A DNA stretch of 64,000 bases from Anthoceros angustus (Eukaryota > Plantae > Anthocerotophyta): NCBI GenBank assembly GCA_010909165.1, contig VJWM01000011.1, forward strand, positions 558,001 through 622,000. Direction: 5' to 3'. A program made the position numbers and the translations under genes. The number at the start of each line of letters is the position of its first letter. Position 1 is the stretch's first letter. Of this stretch, positions 12,845 to 25,681 are shown in pieces. Below the pieces are notes generated by a model. It was not told where the DNA came from and ran no database searches. It saw only the letters and a list, made by a program, of their open reading frames with translations.

Positions 12845-13140
12845 TGAAGCAGGAAGGAGGCCACGTACCTCACACAAAGTTGGTGTTGAAGCCACTGTGT
12901 GAGAAGGAAAAGGAAGATGCGCTTTGTGGGCATGCTGAGAAGCTAGCTCTGGCGTTTGGTCTCTTGAACACTCCGAGTGGGACACCTCTGGTGGTAACGA
13001 AGAATCTACGCATGTGCAGTGACTGCCACAGTTCCACGGAGATCATGTCAAGGCTTGAACAAAGAGACATTGTTGTAAGGGATGGGTACCGTGTGCATCG
13101 ATTCGCAGCTGGTTGTTGCAGTTGTCAAGGTCGACCGTGA
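12845..13140 (+). pseudogene. Tandem re-copy of DYW:KP 3' end (copy b), in frame
   Basis: ORF 12880-13140 HAEKLALAFGLLNTPSGTPLVVTKNLRMCSDCH...GRP*. Confidence 0.85.
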
Positions 13141-14368
13141 GAAAGATTGGAGGACTGCACCGAGCTCAAGTGTGTATGCCGAAGAATTTTGCATTTTCTT
13201 TCTAGGGTGTATGTGGTTATCTCCATCCCTGTCCAAACGGACTGTGAAAGACTGTTTTGAAAGAGGGATTGGACACAACACCTCAGACCCTCTAGCAGAT
13301 AAGGATTTCAGCTACTTTCTTCGTATTGTTGAGGCTCCAAAACTTCAGACTACAGCTTGTGACTTGGACAAGACTCTTAGGGCTTAACGGACACACCTTC
13401 AGAAGCAACCAACTGCACACAATGACAGCCCACTGATCAGACGTTTGCCTTTGATGCGGGACAAGGAAAAATGAAGAGTTCCCTAGGTTCTCGGCCTGCG
13501 GGCAAAACCTCGGATCACTGTCAACACAACTTTCAGCATACAAGTACACGATACACAGATGAGGCCACTTCCCGTACACAACTGAGGCAGCATACAACTA
13601 GTCTCATGAACAGACGTTGCAGAAGGCCTGCCTTAAGCAGAAACACTTGGCAACCTCAGGGAGTCTAAAGAGATGAAGTAGGAATCCAAACAATGCTTCC
13701 GGCTTGGCAAGGAACCCCTTGTTTATACATCCTCCAGCCAGACTTGGCTGATCCTCCAGCTTGGCGGAGGCATGCCTCCCACACATTGCCCCATCAAGCC
13801 GGACAGAGAGTGCGCACTTTTTTATCCCAAACTTTCCATATAACATATCCAATACGCCCTCATATAGTGGCATATGCTATGATACGCTTTTTCAAAAACT
13901 TTCCATACAATATATTCAGTACGTTCTCATGTAGTTGCATGCTACGTCAGAACATTCCTATATTCTTTCCTCTATGTATATCTTTTTATTTAATAAGGGA
14001 AAAATGATGGAAAGAAACCCATCCAGAGGAATAACCAAGGAGGAGTCAGGGTCAAGACGACTGAACGCTAGCTCCCTACCTAAAGTAGATAACCAAGGAG
14101 GGTCCAGGGTCAAGATGATCTGAACTAAGCTCCCTACCTAAAAGCTATCTCGCCTTTGAAGGGCAATGGAGACCCATTATGCGAAGTGGTATGAAATAGG
14201 AAAAGGGACAGCCTCGCCATGCACCGTGGGCGTGGTAGAATTTGACACAAGACTTGAGAAATTTATTGAAATCCTTGGTTATTGCCCCATATGTCTCAAG
14301 TGCGAGCGGAATAAAGAGGTGGCCTGCTTGCATTCCGCTGTACTTCTGACCTAAAAGCCGTAGCTCTG

Positions 14369-14761
14369 GTGGCGACCATTGAGGTGAATAAGCAGGTACA
14401 TAGATTTCTGGTGGGAGAAAGGAGAGAGGATATTGCGCTTAAGGTAGAGAGCACGAATGCACGTCTGAAGCAGGAAGGAGGCCACGTACCTCACACAAAG
14501 TTGGTGTTGAAGCCACTGTGTGAGAAGGAAAAGGAAGATGCGCTTTGTGGGCATGCTGAGAAGCTAGCTCTGGCGTTTGGTCTCTTGAACACTCCGAGTG
14601 GGACACCTCTGGTGGTAACGAAGAATCTACGCATGTGCAGTGACTGCCACAGTTCCACGGAGATCATGTCAAGGCTTGAACAAAGAGACATTGTTGTAAG
14701 GGATGGGTACCGTGTGCATCGATTCGCAGCTGGTTGTTGCAGTTGTCAAGGTCGACCGTGA
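14369..14761 (+). pseudogene. Near-complete isolated DYW:KP domain (copy c)
   Basis: ORF ATIEVNKQVHRFLVGE...HAEKLA...CSDCH...GRP*; no ATG, joined upstream to a retroelement fragment. Confidence 0.85.
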
Positions 14762-15784
14762 GAAAGATTGGAGGACTGCACCGAGCTCAAGTGTGTATGC
14801 CGAAGAATTTTGCATTTTCTTTCTAGGGTGTATGTGGTTATCTCCATCCCTGTCCAAACGGACTGTGAAAGACTGTTTTGAAAGAGGGATTGGACACAAC
14901 ACCTCAGACCCTCTAGCAGATAAGGATTTCAGCTACTTTCTTCGTATTGTTGAGGCTCCAAAACTTCAGACTACAGCTTGTGACTTGGACAAGACTCTTA
15001 GGGCTTAACGGACACACCTTCAGAAGCAACCAACTGCACACAATGACAGCCCACTGATCAGACGTTTGCCTTTGATGCGGGACAAGGAAAAATGAAGAGT
15101 TCCCTAGGTTCTCGGCCTGCGGGCAAAACCTCGGATCACTGTCAACACAACTTTCAGCATACAAGTACACGATACACAGATGAGGCCACTTCCCGTACAC
15201 AACTGAGGCAGCATACAACTAGTCTCATGAACAGACGTTGCAGAAGGCCTGCCTTAAGCAGAAACACTTGGCAACCTCAGGGAGTCTAAAGAGATGAAGT
15301 AGGAATCCAAACAATGCTTCCGGCTTGGCAAGGAACCCCTTGTTTATACATCCTCCAGCCAGACTTGGCTGATCCTCCAGCTTGGCGGAGGCATGCCTCC
15401 CACACATTGCCCCATCAAGCCGGACAGAGAGTGCGCACTTTTTTATCCCAAACTTTCCATATAACATATCCAATACGCCCTCATATAGTGGCATATGCTA
15501 TGATACGCTTTTTCAAAAACTTTCCATACAATATATTCAGTACGTTCTCATGTAGTTGCATGCTACGTCAGAACATTCCCTATATTCTTTCCCTCTATGT
15601 ATATCTTTTTTTATTTAATAAGGGAAAAAATGATGGAAAGAAACCCATCCAGCAGGGAATAACCAAGGAGGAGTCCGAGGGTCAAGACGATACGGAGCAA
15701 CTAAGCTCCCTACCTAAAGTAGATAACCAAGGAGGAGTCCGAGGGTCAAGATGATACGGAGCAACTAAGCTCCCTACCTAAAAG

Positions 15785-16260
15785 CTATCTCGCCTTTGAA
15801 GGCAATGGAGACCCATTAGTAAGTAAGCCGTGAAATAGGAAAAGGGACAGCCTACCATGCGTAGTAGAATTTGACACAAGACTTGAGAAATTTATTGAAA
15901 TCCTTGGTTATTGCCCCATATGTCTCAAGTGCGAGCGGAATAAAGAGGTGGCCTGCTTGCATTCCGCTGTACTTCCTGACCTAAAGAGCCGTAGCTCTGG
16001 TGGCAGCCCAACTAGGATGGTGTTTCCGCTGTACTTCCTGACTTTGAGAGCCGCAGCTCCGGGGGCAGCCCAACCAGGACGGTGTTTCTGTTGTACTTCT
16101 TGACCTTGAGAGCCGCATCTCCGGTGGCAGCCCAACTAGGACGGTTTTTCCATTGTACTTCCTGACCCTGAGAGATGCAGCTCTGGTGGCAGCCCAACCA
16201 GGACGGTTAGTGATGACCTAAGCGGAGATGGTGTACACTGTTGATGGACACTTGTGCCAA
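15785..16260 (-). mobile_element. Fragment of RLE-type (CRE/R2-like) non-LTR retrotransposon with ~62-bp internal tandem repeats (partial copy at 14145-14365)
   Basis: RPGWAA..AAALKVRKY repeats, FIPLALETYGAITKDFNKFLK, VSIA.QR-like end; homologous to 51027-51450. Confidence 0.65.
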
Positions 16261-16385
16261 ACGAGACATTGCAAATCGATTGCGTTTGTTTTTTTGTTCA
16301 GTTGTATTTGTTTTGAATGCATTTGAGTTCATGATACTCAACCTCCACAAACCCTAACTCGGCCGGGTTTGTCTGACCAGGTCTG

Positions 16386-16491
16386 CCAATGGTTTAGGGC
16401 CAACCCTAAAACTCAGCCTCCACAAACCCTAACTCGGCCGGCCCCAGGGTTTGTGGAGGCTGAGTTTTAGGGTTGGCCCTAAACCATTGGC
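16386..16491. repeat. Perfect ~46-bp inverted repeat (hairpin) containing TTTAGGG/CCCTAAA motifs
   Basis: gccaatggtttagggccaaccctaaaactcagcctccacaaaccct / 15-nt loop / agggtttgtggaggctgagttttagggttggccctaaaccattggc. Confidence 0.9.
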
Positions 16492-17293
16492 GCACAGTCG
16501 ACAAACGTGCGTGGCGAGCCTGCACGGGAACCCCACACACTACCCAACCCGGTCAACCTGCTCCAACGTATCGGTTGAAGTTGTTGTTGCCACCCGCTCC
16601 AACCCGGGCTCCAAACCCTAAACCCTCGGAAGCTCAGAATCCAGGTTCTTGTGTAATCCAGGTTCTTGTGTGCCTTCACAATCAGCCGGGGCGAGGGAAT
16701 CTTCTTGTCGTTCTCACAATTCACAAGCCTTTTGGATCTGGAAACTTCAGCACAATATCTTCACACCCATAGAGACCTTGACCTGGAAGAAAAACTTGCG
16801 TTGAGATGGATCAGCCTTCAATGTGACGGTGGAATTCCTAAAAATCCATGACTATCTATCTTCTAAGCTCCAAGGTTACAACAAAACCAAAAAATGGCAC
16901 GAAATGTGCGCAAGGACCACTCTCCTCGCATCTACTTATTGCCTACAGCCCGCTCTAGGCACTCGATGTCACCAATCACCTAAACAAAAAACACCAACAC
17001 CAGGCAAACCTCTTGAACTCCGCACTGAACCCTCTCTACAAGCGTAGGTGCCATGAATGTTTGTAAGATATGGCAGAATAAATTGGCCTCCTGTCTGAGG
17101 CTCTCCTCTTTATCCAGTCGGTGACCCCATACTTAGCATGTGAGTCATACCCTTGATGGGGCATCCATGCACGAGCTCACCCGCCCTACTGCTCTATCTA
17201 CTGTATTTACCCATTTATCATGATACTATATTTATCATGACACTATATTTACCTATTTACTATGACACTATATTTACCTATTTACCATGATCC

Positions 17294-20200
17294 TCATGAC
17301 ACTCCTTTGGGGGCAGAAAAACTTCGTCCCAAAGTTGGAAGAGGTAAAGAGTGAACATGTGCATAGCGGGCAACAATGTCGGGGCAATGCGCAAGATGAG
17401 GTAGAGGCTCCCACGTAGCTTCAAAGGTAGGAAAGCCTTTCCATAAGACAAGAAATTGGAGGCAACGGCGAACAAGTCTATGGGCAATCATGTCCTCAAC
17501 CTCATCTTCAAGGGCATCATCGATGAGTGTGGGGGGTGGAGTGGTTAGGGCAGGACCGTGATAGGGTTTGAGAATGCTTGTGTGGAAGACATCATGAATA
17601 TGCCAGGTGGGAGGAAGTTGAAGACGGAACGCCGTAGGGCTGACTTGGGCCAGAATTTTGAAGGGTCCCACAAAACGGTGATTGAGCTTGCACGTTCCCA
17701 GGAGATGTAGATTCCGGGCTGAAGGGAGAACAAGTTGCTCTGTAGAAAAGGTTACATGTCGCTAATGGTGGTCAGCCGCTTGCTTCTGTTGATTTTGTGC
17801 ACGTTGTAAGCTGATCCTCGCATCCTGTATTACTTGAGTATGATCACGGATGACCTGGGTTGCTACTGGGTTGTGGAGAGCTGTAGACATCATGAGAGTA
17901 GTCCGCGGATAAAATGCATAAAGCATGTAGAATGGGGAGTAACCTATCGAGGCGTTCGTCATATTGTTACATGCGAACTCAACCAAGTACAGATACTTCT
18001 CCCATGAGGATTGATGGCGATCTATATAAGCTCGTAAGGTTGTTTCGACCGTTTGATTCATCCGCTCTACCATGCCATCTGTCTGCGGGTGAAAAGCAGA
18101 AGAAAAAGGATAATTTGGTCCCTAATCCACAGTGCAGATTTTGCCAAAACTTGCTCAAGAATCGAGGATCCCTGTCTAACATAATAGATTGAGGAAGACC
18201 ATGATGTCGGCCCGGCATGTCAGCAAAAGTTACAAAATTTGTATGTACTTGTGATGTATGTCAAAGAATCAAAGCTGCCACACAAAACCCAACGGGTATT
18301 CTTCAGCCTCTACCCATACCCCAACAACCATGGGAAGCCATTCACCTTGACTTTATTACAGGTCTTCCTTCTACCAATGCAGGAGGACATAATGCTATCT
18401 TGCTCTTCGTTGACCGGTTAACCAAGATGATACATCTAGCTCCCACTACTAACACCTGCTCAGCAACAAAAGCAGCAAATCTATACCTCCAGCATGTGTT
18501 AAATGTGCCTTTGCAACTGGTGTAATGTTTTACTTCTGCCCATGTGTCCTGCAGACAATGGACTATGCACTTCCTCAATGATGGATCCCCGGATTATGGG
18601 TAAAGCTGGGATGTAGAGCTTGGCTCGATGATACAACAATCCATTACTCCATACCCAGGTACCTGAAGTATCATTGATAATGGATTTGTGTTGAATGCCT
18701 GAAATTACTGTCGGAGGGCGCTTTTGATGGTGGTTCTCATCAGTCGATATCACATCAAGATGGCTAAGAGAATCTGCAACACGATTTTCCTGGCCGGTTC
18801 TATATTTCACCAGGAAGTTGAACTGCTGGAAGAATTCTAGCCAGCGTGCCTTTTTTCTGGAGAGATGGGGCTGAGTTTGTAAATAGAAGAGGGGGCTATG
18901 ATTCGTTTCCAATGTGAATTTGACTCCTTCTAAATAGCACCTCCACTGTCTTAGAGCAAGAACATGTGCTAAGGTCTCTTTCTCATAAACAGGGTAGTTA
19001 AGTTCGGCTGCCTTGAGCTTTTTACTGAAAAATGCTACTGGTTGCAGCCCTTTGCCTAGGTCCTATTGCAGCACAACACCCACTGCCTTATCTCAAGCAT
19101 TTGTGGCTACCACAAAAGGGCATGTGAAATCTGGATGAACCAAGACAGGTGCTGCTGATAATTATCGTTTCAAGTTTTCGAAGGCCTGTTGCTGATCCTG
19201 TGACCACTGCCATGGTATATTGCCCTTCAGCAAGTCCGTTAGAGGAGCCGAGAGATGCGCAAATTCACAAATAAAGCGTCGATAATAAGAGGCCAGGCCA
19301 AGGAAAGATTGAAGTTGCATTACATTGGTGGGTTGTGGCCATTGCTGAATCGCCTCAATATTCTTTGTATCCACTTGAACTCCCTGTGCTGTGACCACAT
19401 GTCCGAAGTATTCTACATTGCTAGACAGAAATGTGCACTTAGGGAGCTTAGCAGACAACTTCTGTCTCCTTAACCTGGTAAGAACCTCTCTGAGCAAGGT
19501 CATATGTTGCTCTTTTGAAGCGCTGTATATCAAGATGTCATCCATGTATACTAGGACACCATGTTCTAACAAATCTGCAAAGATCTCATTCATCAGAGTC
19601 TGGAAAGTTGCAGGAGCATTGGTCATCCCAAATGGCATTACCAGCCATTCAAAGTGGCCGTACCTGGTATTGAACGCTGTTTTTTCCATGTCAGACTCTT
19701 GTAGTCGAATTTGGTGATAACCAGAAGCAAGGTCCAACTGGAGAAGCATGTGGAACCAGCCAGTTTCTCCAACATTTCATCAATCCGTGGTAACGGAAAG
19801 CTGTTGCATTTTGTTATGTTGTTCAAAGCACGATAGTCAATGCACATTGTAAGGCCGCCATCTTTTTTTCTAGTAAACAGAATCGGTGCCCCATACGGGC
19901 TCTTTGGTGGACGAATATGTCCCTTACGTATCAGCTCCTCCACCTGTTTGCGTGACTCTCAATTTCCAAAGGGGACATTTTGAAAACGGGTCGACATGGG
20001 GGTTTATGTTGTCGTGGGATTAGGTCAACATGATGCTGTATTTGCTTGGTTGGAGGTAATCCTGCATGAATGTCTTGCACTAGAACATCTCGGAATTCCT
20101 GCAAAACTGTACACCCCTCCGAGTCACTTGACATTGAATCAACCGTTGTTATTTGCTTCTGTATAGGTCGAATGATACATAAGCACGTTTCTGTTCCTTC

Positions 20201-20896
20201 TTTTAGCAGTTCTAAATAAAGATTCTTTGCAGACAGCATCTTTACAGGTTTTCGTCTACCCTCCCTAGCCTGTACAAAAAAGGTTGTGCCTTTCAACTGA
20301 AAACCGAGTGTCTTTTGATGCCAATCTATGACCGGGCAGTGTTGCTCGAGCCATGGCATACCCAGAATGCCATCACATCCTAGGTGCAGCTCTGTAACTA
20401 CGAAAGGCCGTTGTTCCTCTTTACACCCTAGCTGACAGTACACTGGCTCAGTGATGCAAGAAATTTTAGTTGCTTGATTTCCGTCTGCGTAGTATATTGG
20501 CCCTTAGTCACTTGTCACAGGTACACAATTACGGGCCACAAACTTGTCATCCAAAAAATCTGCAGTAGATCTTGAGTCGACAAGGAAGCTAGCCGTCCTT
20601 CCATGGACCTTAGCTATTACTTTTAACAAGCTACCTGACATGAGGACACGAGGAGATGACAATTGGTAGCATTTTACGTATGTGCCCGGTAGCAATTTGA
20701 CCTCCTTAAATTGGGTGGAGAATTCTAGAGGTAATTCTTCCACGACTACTGCATTAGCTTGTTCACCCTCCTGTTGGAGTTGTCCGCGCCCTCTCCCTCT
20801 AGCACTTTTAGCTGCAGACCTGCATTCATTGGATTTGTGGCCAAACTGCCAGCAAAGAAAACACCGACCTTGAAAACGAGTGGCTCCTAACTCCAT
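17294..20896 (-). pseudogene. Gypsy gag-end/pol (protease, RT, RNase H, integrase, chromodomain), interrupted
   Basis: CFLCWQFGHKSNEC, FLVDSRST, LDLASGYHQIR, MPFGMTNAPATFQ, VYMDDILIYS, GPFKILAQV, FLVLWKGFPTFEATWEP. Confidence 0.92.
18207..18500 (+). other. Inverted segment of Gypsy integrase
   Basis: + strand reads PGMSAKVTKFVCTCDVCQRIK...WEAIHLDFITGLP...VDRLTKMIHL while flanking integrase is on the - strand. Confidence 0.9.
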
Positions 20897-21069
20897 GGGG
20901 ACAGCTTCCGATTGTGCCCAAACCCGCCATAAGCCAAACTTGCTGCACGTTGGACGATGTTACCTTAGCAAGTAACCATGATGCTCTATTGATAGAAGGT
21001 GAAGAGCACGATTTCGAATTTCAGAGCCCTCAAGAGAACACGAAGAAGCTTTAAGCTATCAGCATGGTA

Positions 21070-24000
21070 CCTAACAGAACATGATAATTTTTGAAGGGGG
21101 TGAATAATCTCGAAGGGGGTTTTCCGCAAATAATCTCTGAAGGGGGTTTTTGATGGGCCCTAAAAGCGTTTTGAAGGCATTCGAAAAACAACTCGAAAAA
21201 AGGTGTCACCGATAAAGTTACTACTTTCCATCCGGCAATGTTTGTGTCGAATGGTGGTCACAAACTCGAACCTCTGAGAATAATGCAAAGTAGGAGCGGT
21301 GAGGAAGGCCGTTCTGCCGGGAAGGGACGGTAAACTCGATTTTGGGAGGAAAATGTGGTTTTGTTATGACACCACAAAAGCCAGACGAGGTATTTCCTAA
21401 CACATAACATCGACACTTACAACATTAACTCGGGACCCGGGAAAAACGAGATTTCGCCACTCATCCCGAGTTCAATCCTTCGTCATCACTTGGTCGACTT
21501 CTCCTCCATTGTCATCATTATCTTCAGCACTTTGACTCGCAGTTGTATTAAGCCGCAACTCGCAGAGCTTATCCCTTATCGCTTTTGTCCACATACGGAT
21601 GTTTAGGGAGGAGTACCCTCTACACTGACCGACCAAATCTTGGCTCGATTTCGAGCATTTGCTTCTAAGGTTAGCCTTCATTCCAAGGTTGCTTCTAAGG
21701 TTAGCCCTGAATTTTCGATGGAAGTGCCACGTCGGTGCGTGGAAGGAGGGCCACAATGGGCACGGAGGCGGCGGCGGCGCCTCCCTCCACGCACCACCCG
21801 TCGGGCATAAAAGGTGGTGCGAGGAGGAGGCGCCGGCGGCGGCGCCCTCCCACCACCGGCCAGTCTCTGGTGGCAGCGTGGAGGAGGCGCGGCGGCGGCG
21901 CCCTCCCGCACCACCCGTCGGGGTTTCTGGTGGTGCGGAGGGATGGCGCCCGGCGGCGGCGCCCGCCCTCCACCACCACCGTATGCCCGATGGGTGGAGG
22001 CGCGAGGAGGCGCCGGCGGCGCGCCCTCCCACCACCACCATCGTAGGCCCACCGACGGTGGCGTGAGGAGGGCGCGCCGCCGGCGCCCCGCCAGGCGCGC
22101 ACCACCCGCTTGCCCACCCCACGGGAGCTCACAGAGGGAGGGCGCCGCCTCCTCCACACGCCACCATCGGTGGCCTACGGCGCAGAGGCGGCCGGCGGTG
22201 GTGCGTGGAGGAGGCGCCGCCGGCGCGCCCTCGCTAAGCGCGCACCACCGTTTGCCCACGGGTGGTTGGCGGCGTAGGGAGGCGCGGCGGCGCCTCCCTC
22301 CACCACCATCGGTGGCCACGGCTGCATAGAGGCGGCGCCCGGCGGTGCCCTCCTGCACCACCCGTCGGTGCGGTGGAGCTAGGGAGGCGCCGGCGGCGCC
22401 TCCCTCCACGCACCACCCATGGCGCCGGCCGGCCGGCGCCCACACCACATGCGCCGGCGGCGCGGCCGCCCTGCCACACCGCCACCCGCCATGGCGCCGG
22501 CCGGCGCCCTCCCTAACACACCACCGCCCATGGCGCCGGCGGCGCCCTCCCTAGCACACCGCCCATGGCGGCGGCGGCGCCCTCCCTAGCACCACCTGCC
22601 TCCCTTGGGCGCCGGCCGGCGCCCTCCCTGCCCCTGCCATGGCGCCGGCCGGCCGGCGCCCTCCTCCTCAGGTGTCTTTAAGAAAATCAATATGTAGCTC
22701 AATAGTTTGTAACTTGGGATTGTTGGTCTAGTGTTTGGGAAAAGGTTTAGTAATGAATAGGTTTGGGTTCAAAACCCATATCTTTTAATAACTCAACTTT
22801 GTTGATTTTAAGGATGCTTGCATGGGCGCATGGGCAACTAACTTTGTTCATTTTAAGGGCATTGCCATTGCCTTACAGCCCAAGTGGTTGCATTGAGTGC
22901 CAGAAGGTTGAAGACTACGACTGGCGACCTTTTGGATGAGGGTCAGCAAACCCTAGATGCTGTGTGGCAGTCCACACCGTCAGATGGTGGGCCCAGGAAT
23001 GATACTATTGAAGACGAGCAAGCAATGGAGGAGAACGATAACTTTGAGGCGGACGATATGGACCGCATCCGGAATATGGCGGTGGTTCTTGACTCAGTGT
23101 CGATGCAAGGCATGGATGAGTCGCCAGGCCGCACTCTTCAATGACTATTGTCGATGCCGATGACCACTCCCTCCTTTAGCAGATGTTTGTTGCAATGTTC
23201 TTACGACGATTAAAATGAGACTCCCTCTAGTACAGGATTGTTTTCATTGTGTTCCACCACTTCAAAGTAAAAGTTTTTTGTAATAAACATATAAAAATGG
23301 CAGCCCTCTAAACATTCTACAAAAGCAGACGGGCCCACACCCTCATGCTCCAGTTCTAGGGTGTTCACTTGAAAGTGCGTCTTTTATCAACATGACCTCG
23401 AGAAAGGTGTGTGCATTATCAAAGTAGGGCACATATCGCTTCTAGGTAAGGTGTTCTTCGTGACAAGGGGTCTTGTGATGGACCGAAGGGGTGATATCCC
23501 CTTCAAAAATTATCGTATTCTGACGGAGCGAGATCTGTGGACTAATTTTGTGAAGCATGTGAAGAGTGCAAAGAAGGAGCCTGAAACACTATACCCTCCT
23601 AAAGCCAGTAGGACACCCCTGCCTGCTGAAACAGATGTTGATCTTCAATCAGCTGAGGAGGACTTGGAGGGTGGCGAATAGGAGCAAGCAAACGTTGATA
23701 TTGCTCGAGGAGGCGACATCGACATCTTCCTCATGATCTTTGTGGTGAGGAAGATGTTGATATCATTCCTCCGGAATGTCGAGATTTGGACATAAAGTGC
23801 TTTAGGGGGCCCAAGAGGAAAAGGATACACGATGTCCAGCACGATATGCTTGCAGCCCATATCCATCCTTCAGGTAAACTGTCTTCAATGTTTGATAGTC
23901 ATTTATAGTTTCCAAGCCTGGAATTTTTAGCCATGGATATTCAGCATGAAATTCTGCAGGCCTAAAGGCTAAGGCCTTATTTCTAATGCACAGATATTGG

Positions 24001-25681
24001 GCACGAAGGATGGGCGATTTCTAATGCACGGATATTGGGCACGAAGGCTAAGATTCTACGCCTGATTTGGAGGCTATGTACTAATCATGCTGCTGTTATT
24101 GCGTTCAGGCTACATCTATCGTGACTGTCCCTCCTTTTTGCCCATGAAGGACATAGTGCATTTTGCAACCCGCTCCCTGTGCAATCCTCTCATACATCCA
24201 TTTTGGAATCAAACTGAAGTGTGTGTGCTTCATGTTGAGACATGTATCAGGCAGACTTTAAGTGGTCCATGGTCTTTTGACTGTATTGTATTGCAATTTT
24301 TGAACCCTAATTATCTAAAGTTTTGGAGGAACAATGTTAGGAAGACAGCCCGTTATTTCTCGCAAGGACAAAAAGTGCACCCCAAGTATGTCCCGAAGGA
24401 TGTGAAGTAGGAGTACTGGGAGGTCTTTTTGAAAGAGGAGCAAGACAAGATGGATGGAGTTGTTGCCCCGAGCCAGCAAAAACTAGCTGCCATGAGGAAG
24501 AGCAAGGAGGTGGGAAGCAATAGCTATGCATGCTTTGGTATGGAGAAGGGTTTACAGGGAGGTTTAGAGGGAAGTTTGAGAGGGACCCAACCATGGATGA
24601 AATCAATGCTGTTGGCACCAATCATGGGGCTTGGCTTACAAAGTTAGAGCTTTGGAGGCAGTCTCAAACTAGAACTCCAGCTTTGGGTCTGCAGGTGGAC
24701 TCAAAGAGGCAAAAGGATAAGGCGATTATTGTGTGGACCTTGTTGAAGGATGCAAGCTATTCCATCAAAGAGTGCGATGGGAAGGTCATGGAGGCCATCC
24801 TAAAGTAGAATGTCATAGATGACCGGTGGATGGTGGGGCATTATCTTCCCCGTAAAGTGGCAAGACATGCTAAGGATGCTTGAGCATGATTCTAGTTAGA
24901 TCGTTGTTCAAGACTATTGTGTCTATTTTGTGATAGCCTGAAATTCCGAGAGCTTGAAACTGATTTAAATAAGTTTGTGGGACTCTTTTTGCAGGTGGCA
25001 AGGACTTTGAGTTGAGGAGCTGGGTGGAGAAAATTCTTTGATGCCCCGTGTAGCATGTAGGGGAGCTGCGAGTCTAGTATATTGTAGGGTGTAGGTGCAA
25101 TCCCCAAATTCCCCACCCCATATCCCACACACCCACTCTAGCACTCCCTCCATTTTTACTACAACAGTATGCATTTTACAACAACAATATAAATCCGATT
25201 TCACTTTACTACGATTCTATTTACTCCAGGAGTTTTACTACGGGCCTTATTTTGCAGCTAGGTATTTTACAACAGCCCGTTATCATTACAGTTACCTGAT
25301 TAACTTAACCATGGTTACATAACTATGATTTATAAACTACAGTTATTTAACTTAGTTAATAAACTTGAGTTAATTAACATTGGTTACTTTACCATATTTT
25401 ATTAACCACGATTATTATTGTTGTAAATACCGTTGTAGATCTTTGTAGTAATTGTTGCTATAAAGTAAACTATAGTTAAACCCTAACTGATGTACGGTCA
25501 ACTTGGTAAAGTGCACCGTATATATATCACATATGAGTACGATATATAGCTATGGTATACGGTGTGAAGACATTACCACGGAAATTAACGCTATGTGGTT
25601 ACAACGGATAATTTACTATAGTAATTCTGTAGTAATATCCATAGTAAATTCCGTTGTAAAGGTGTTGTTTTCCTAGTAGTG
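21070..25681. mobile_element. CACTA (En/Spm)-like DNA transposon remnant inserted in the Gypsy gag region
   Basis: Right end TTTTCCTAGTAGTG (reverse complement CACTACTAGGAAAA) at 25668-25681; AT-rich subterminal repeats 25150-25670; degraded coding fragments 23400-24900; left terminus not found, so left boundary is uncertain. Confidence 0.6.
21760..22670. repeat. Very GC-rich degenerate repeat array (GGCGCCGGCGGCGCCCTCC units in both orientations)
   Basis: Direct observation; source of the spurious Gly/Ala/Arg/Pro-rich ORFs. Confidence 0.85.

Larger units (their letters stand above)
10797..15990 (+). repeat. Nested tandem duplication array of DYW end plus 3' flank (periods ~800, ~1252, ~1621 bp)
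   Basis: GRP stop codons end at 11088, 11888, 13140, 14761; same downstream sequence each time, extending further in each unit. Confidence 0.9.

Noticed and set aside
21472-22554. Long Gly/Ala/Arg/Pro-rich ORFs on both strands
   Set aside because: Arise from a stop-poor GC-rich repeat inside a transposon
22715-22778. tRNA gene
   Set aside because: Only degenerate A/B-box-like motifs with no cloverleaf, inside a transposon remnant
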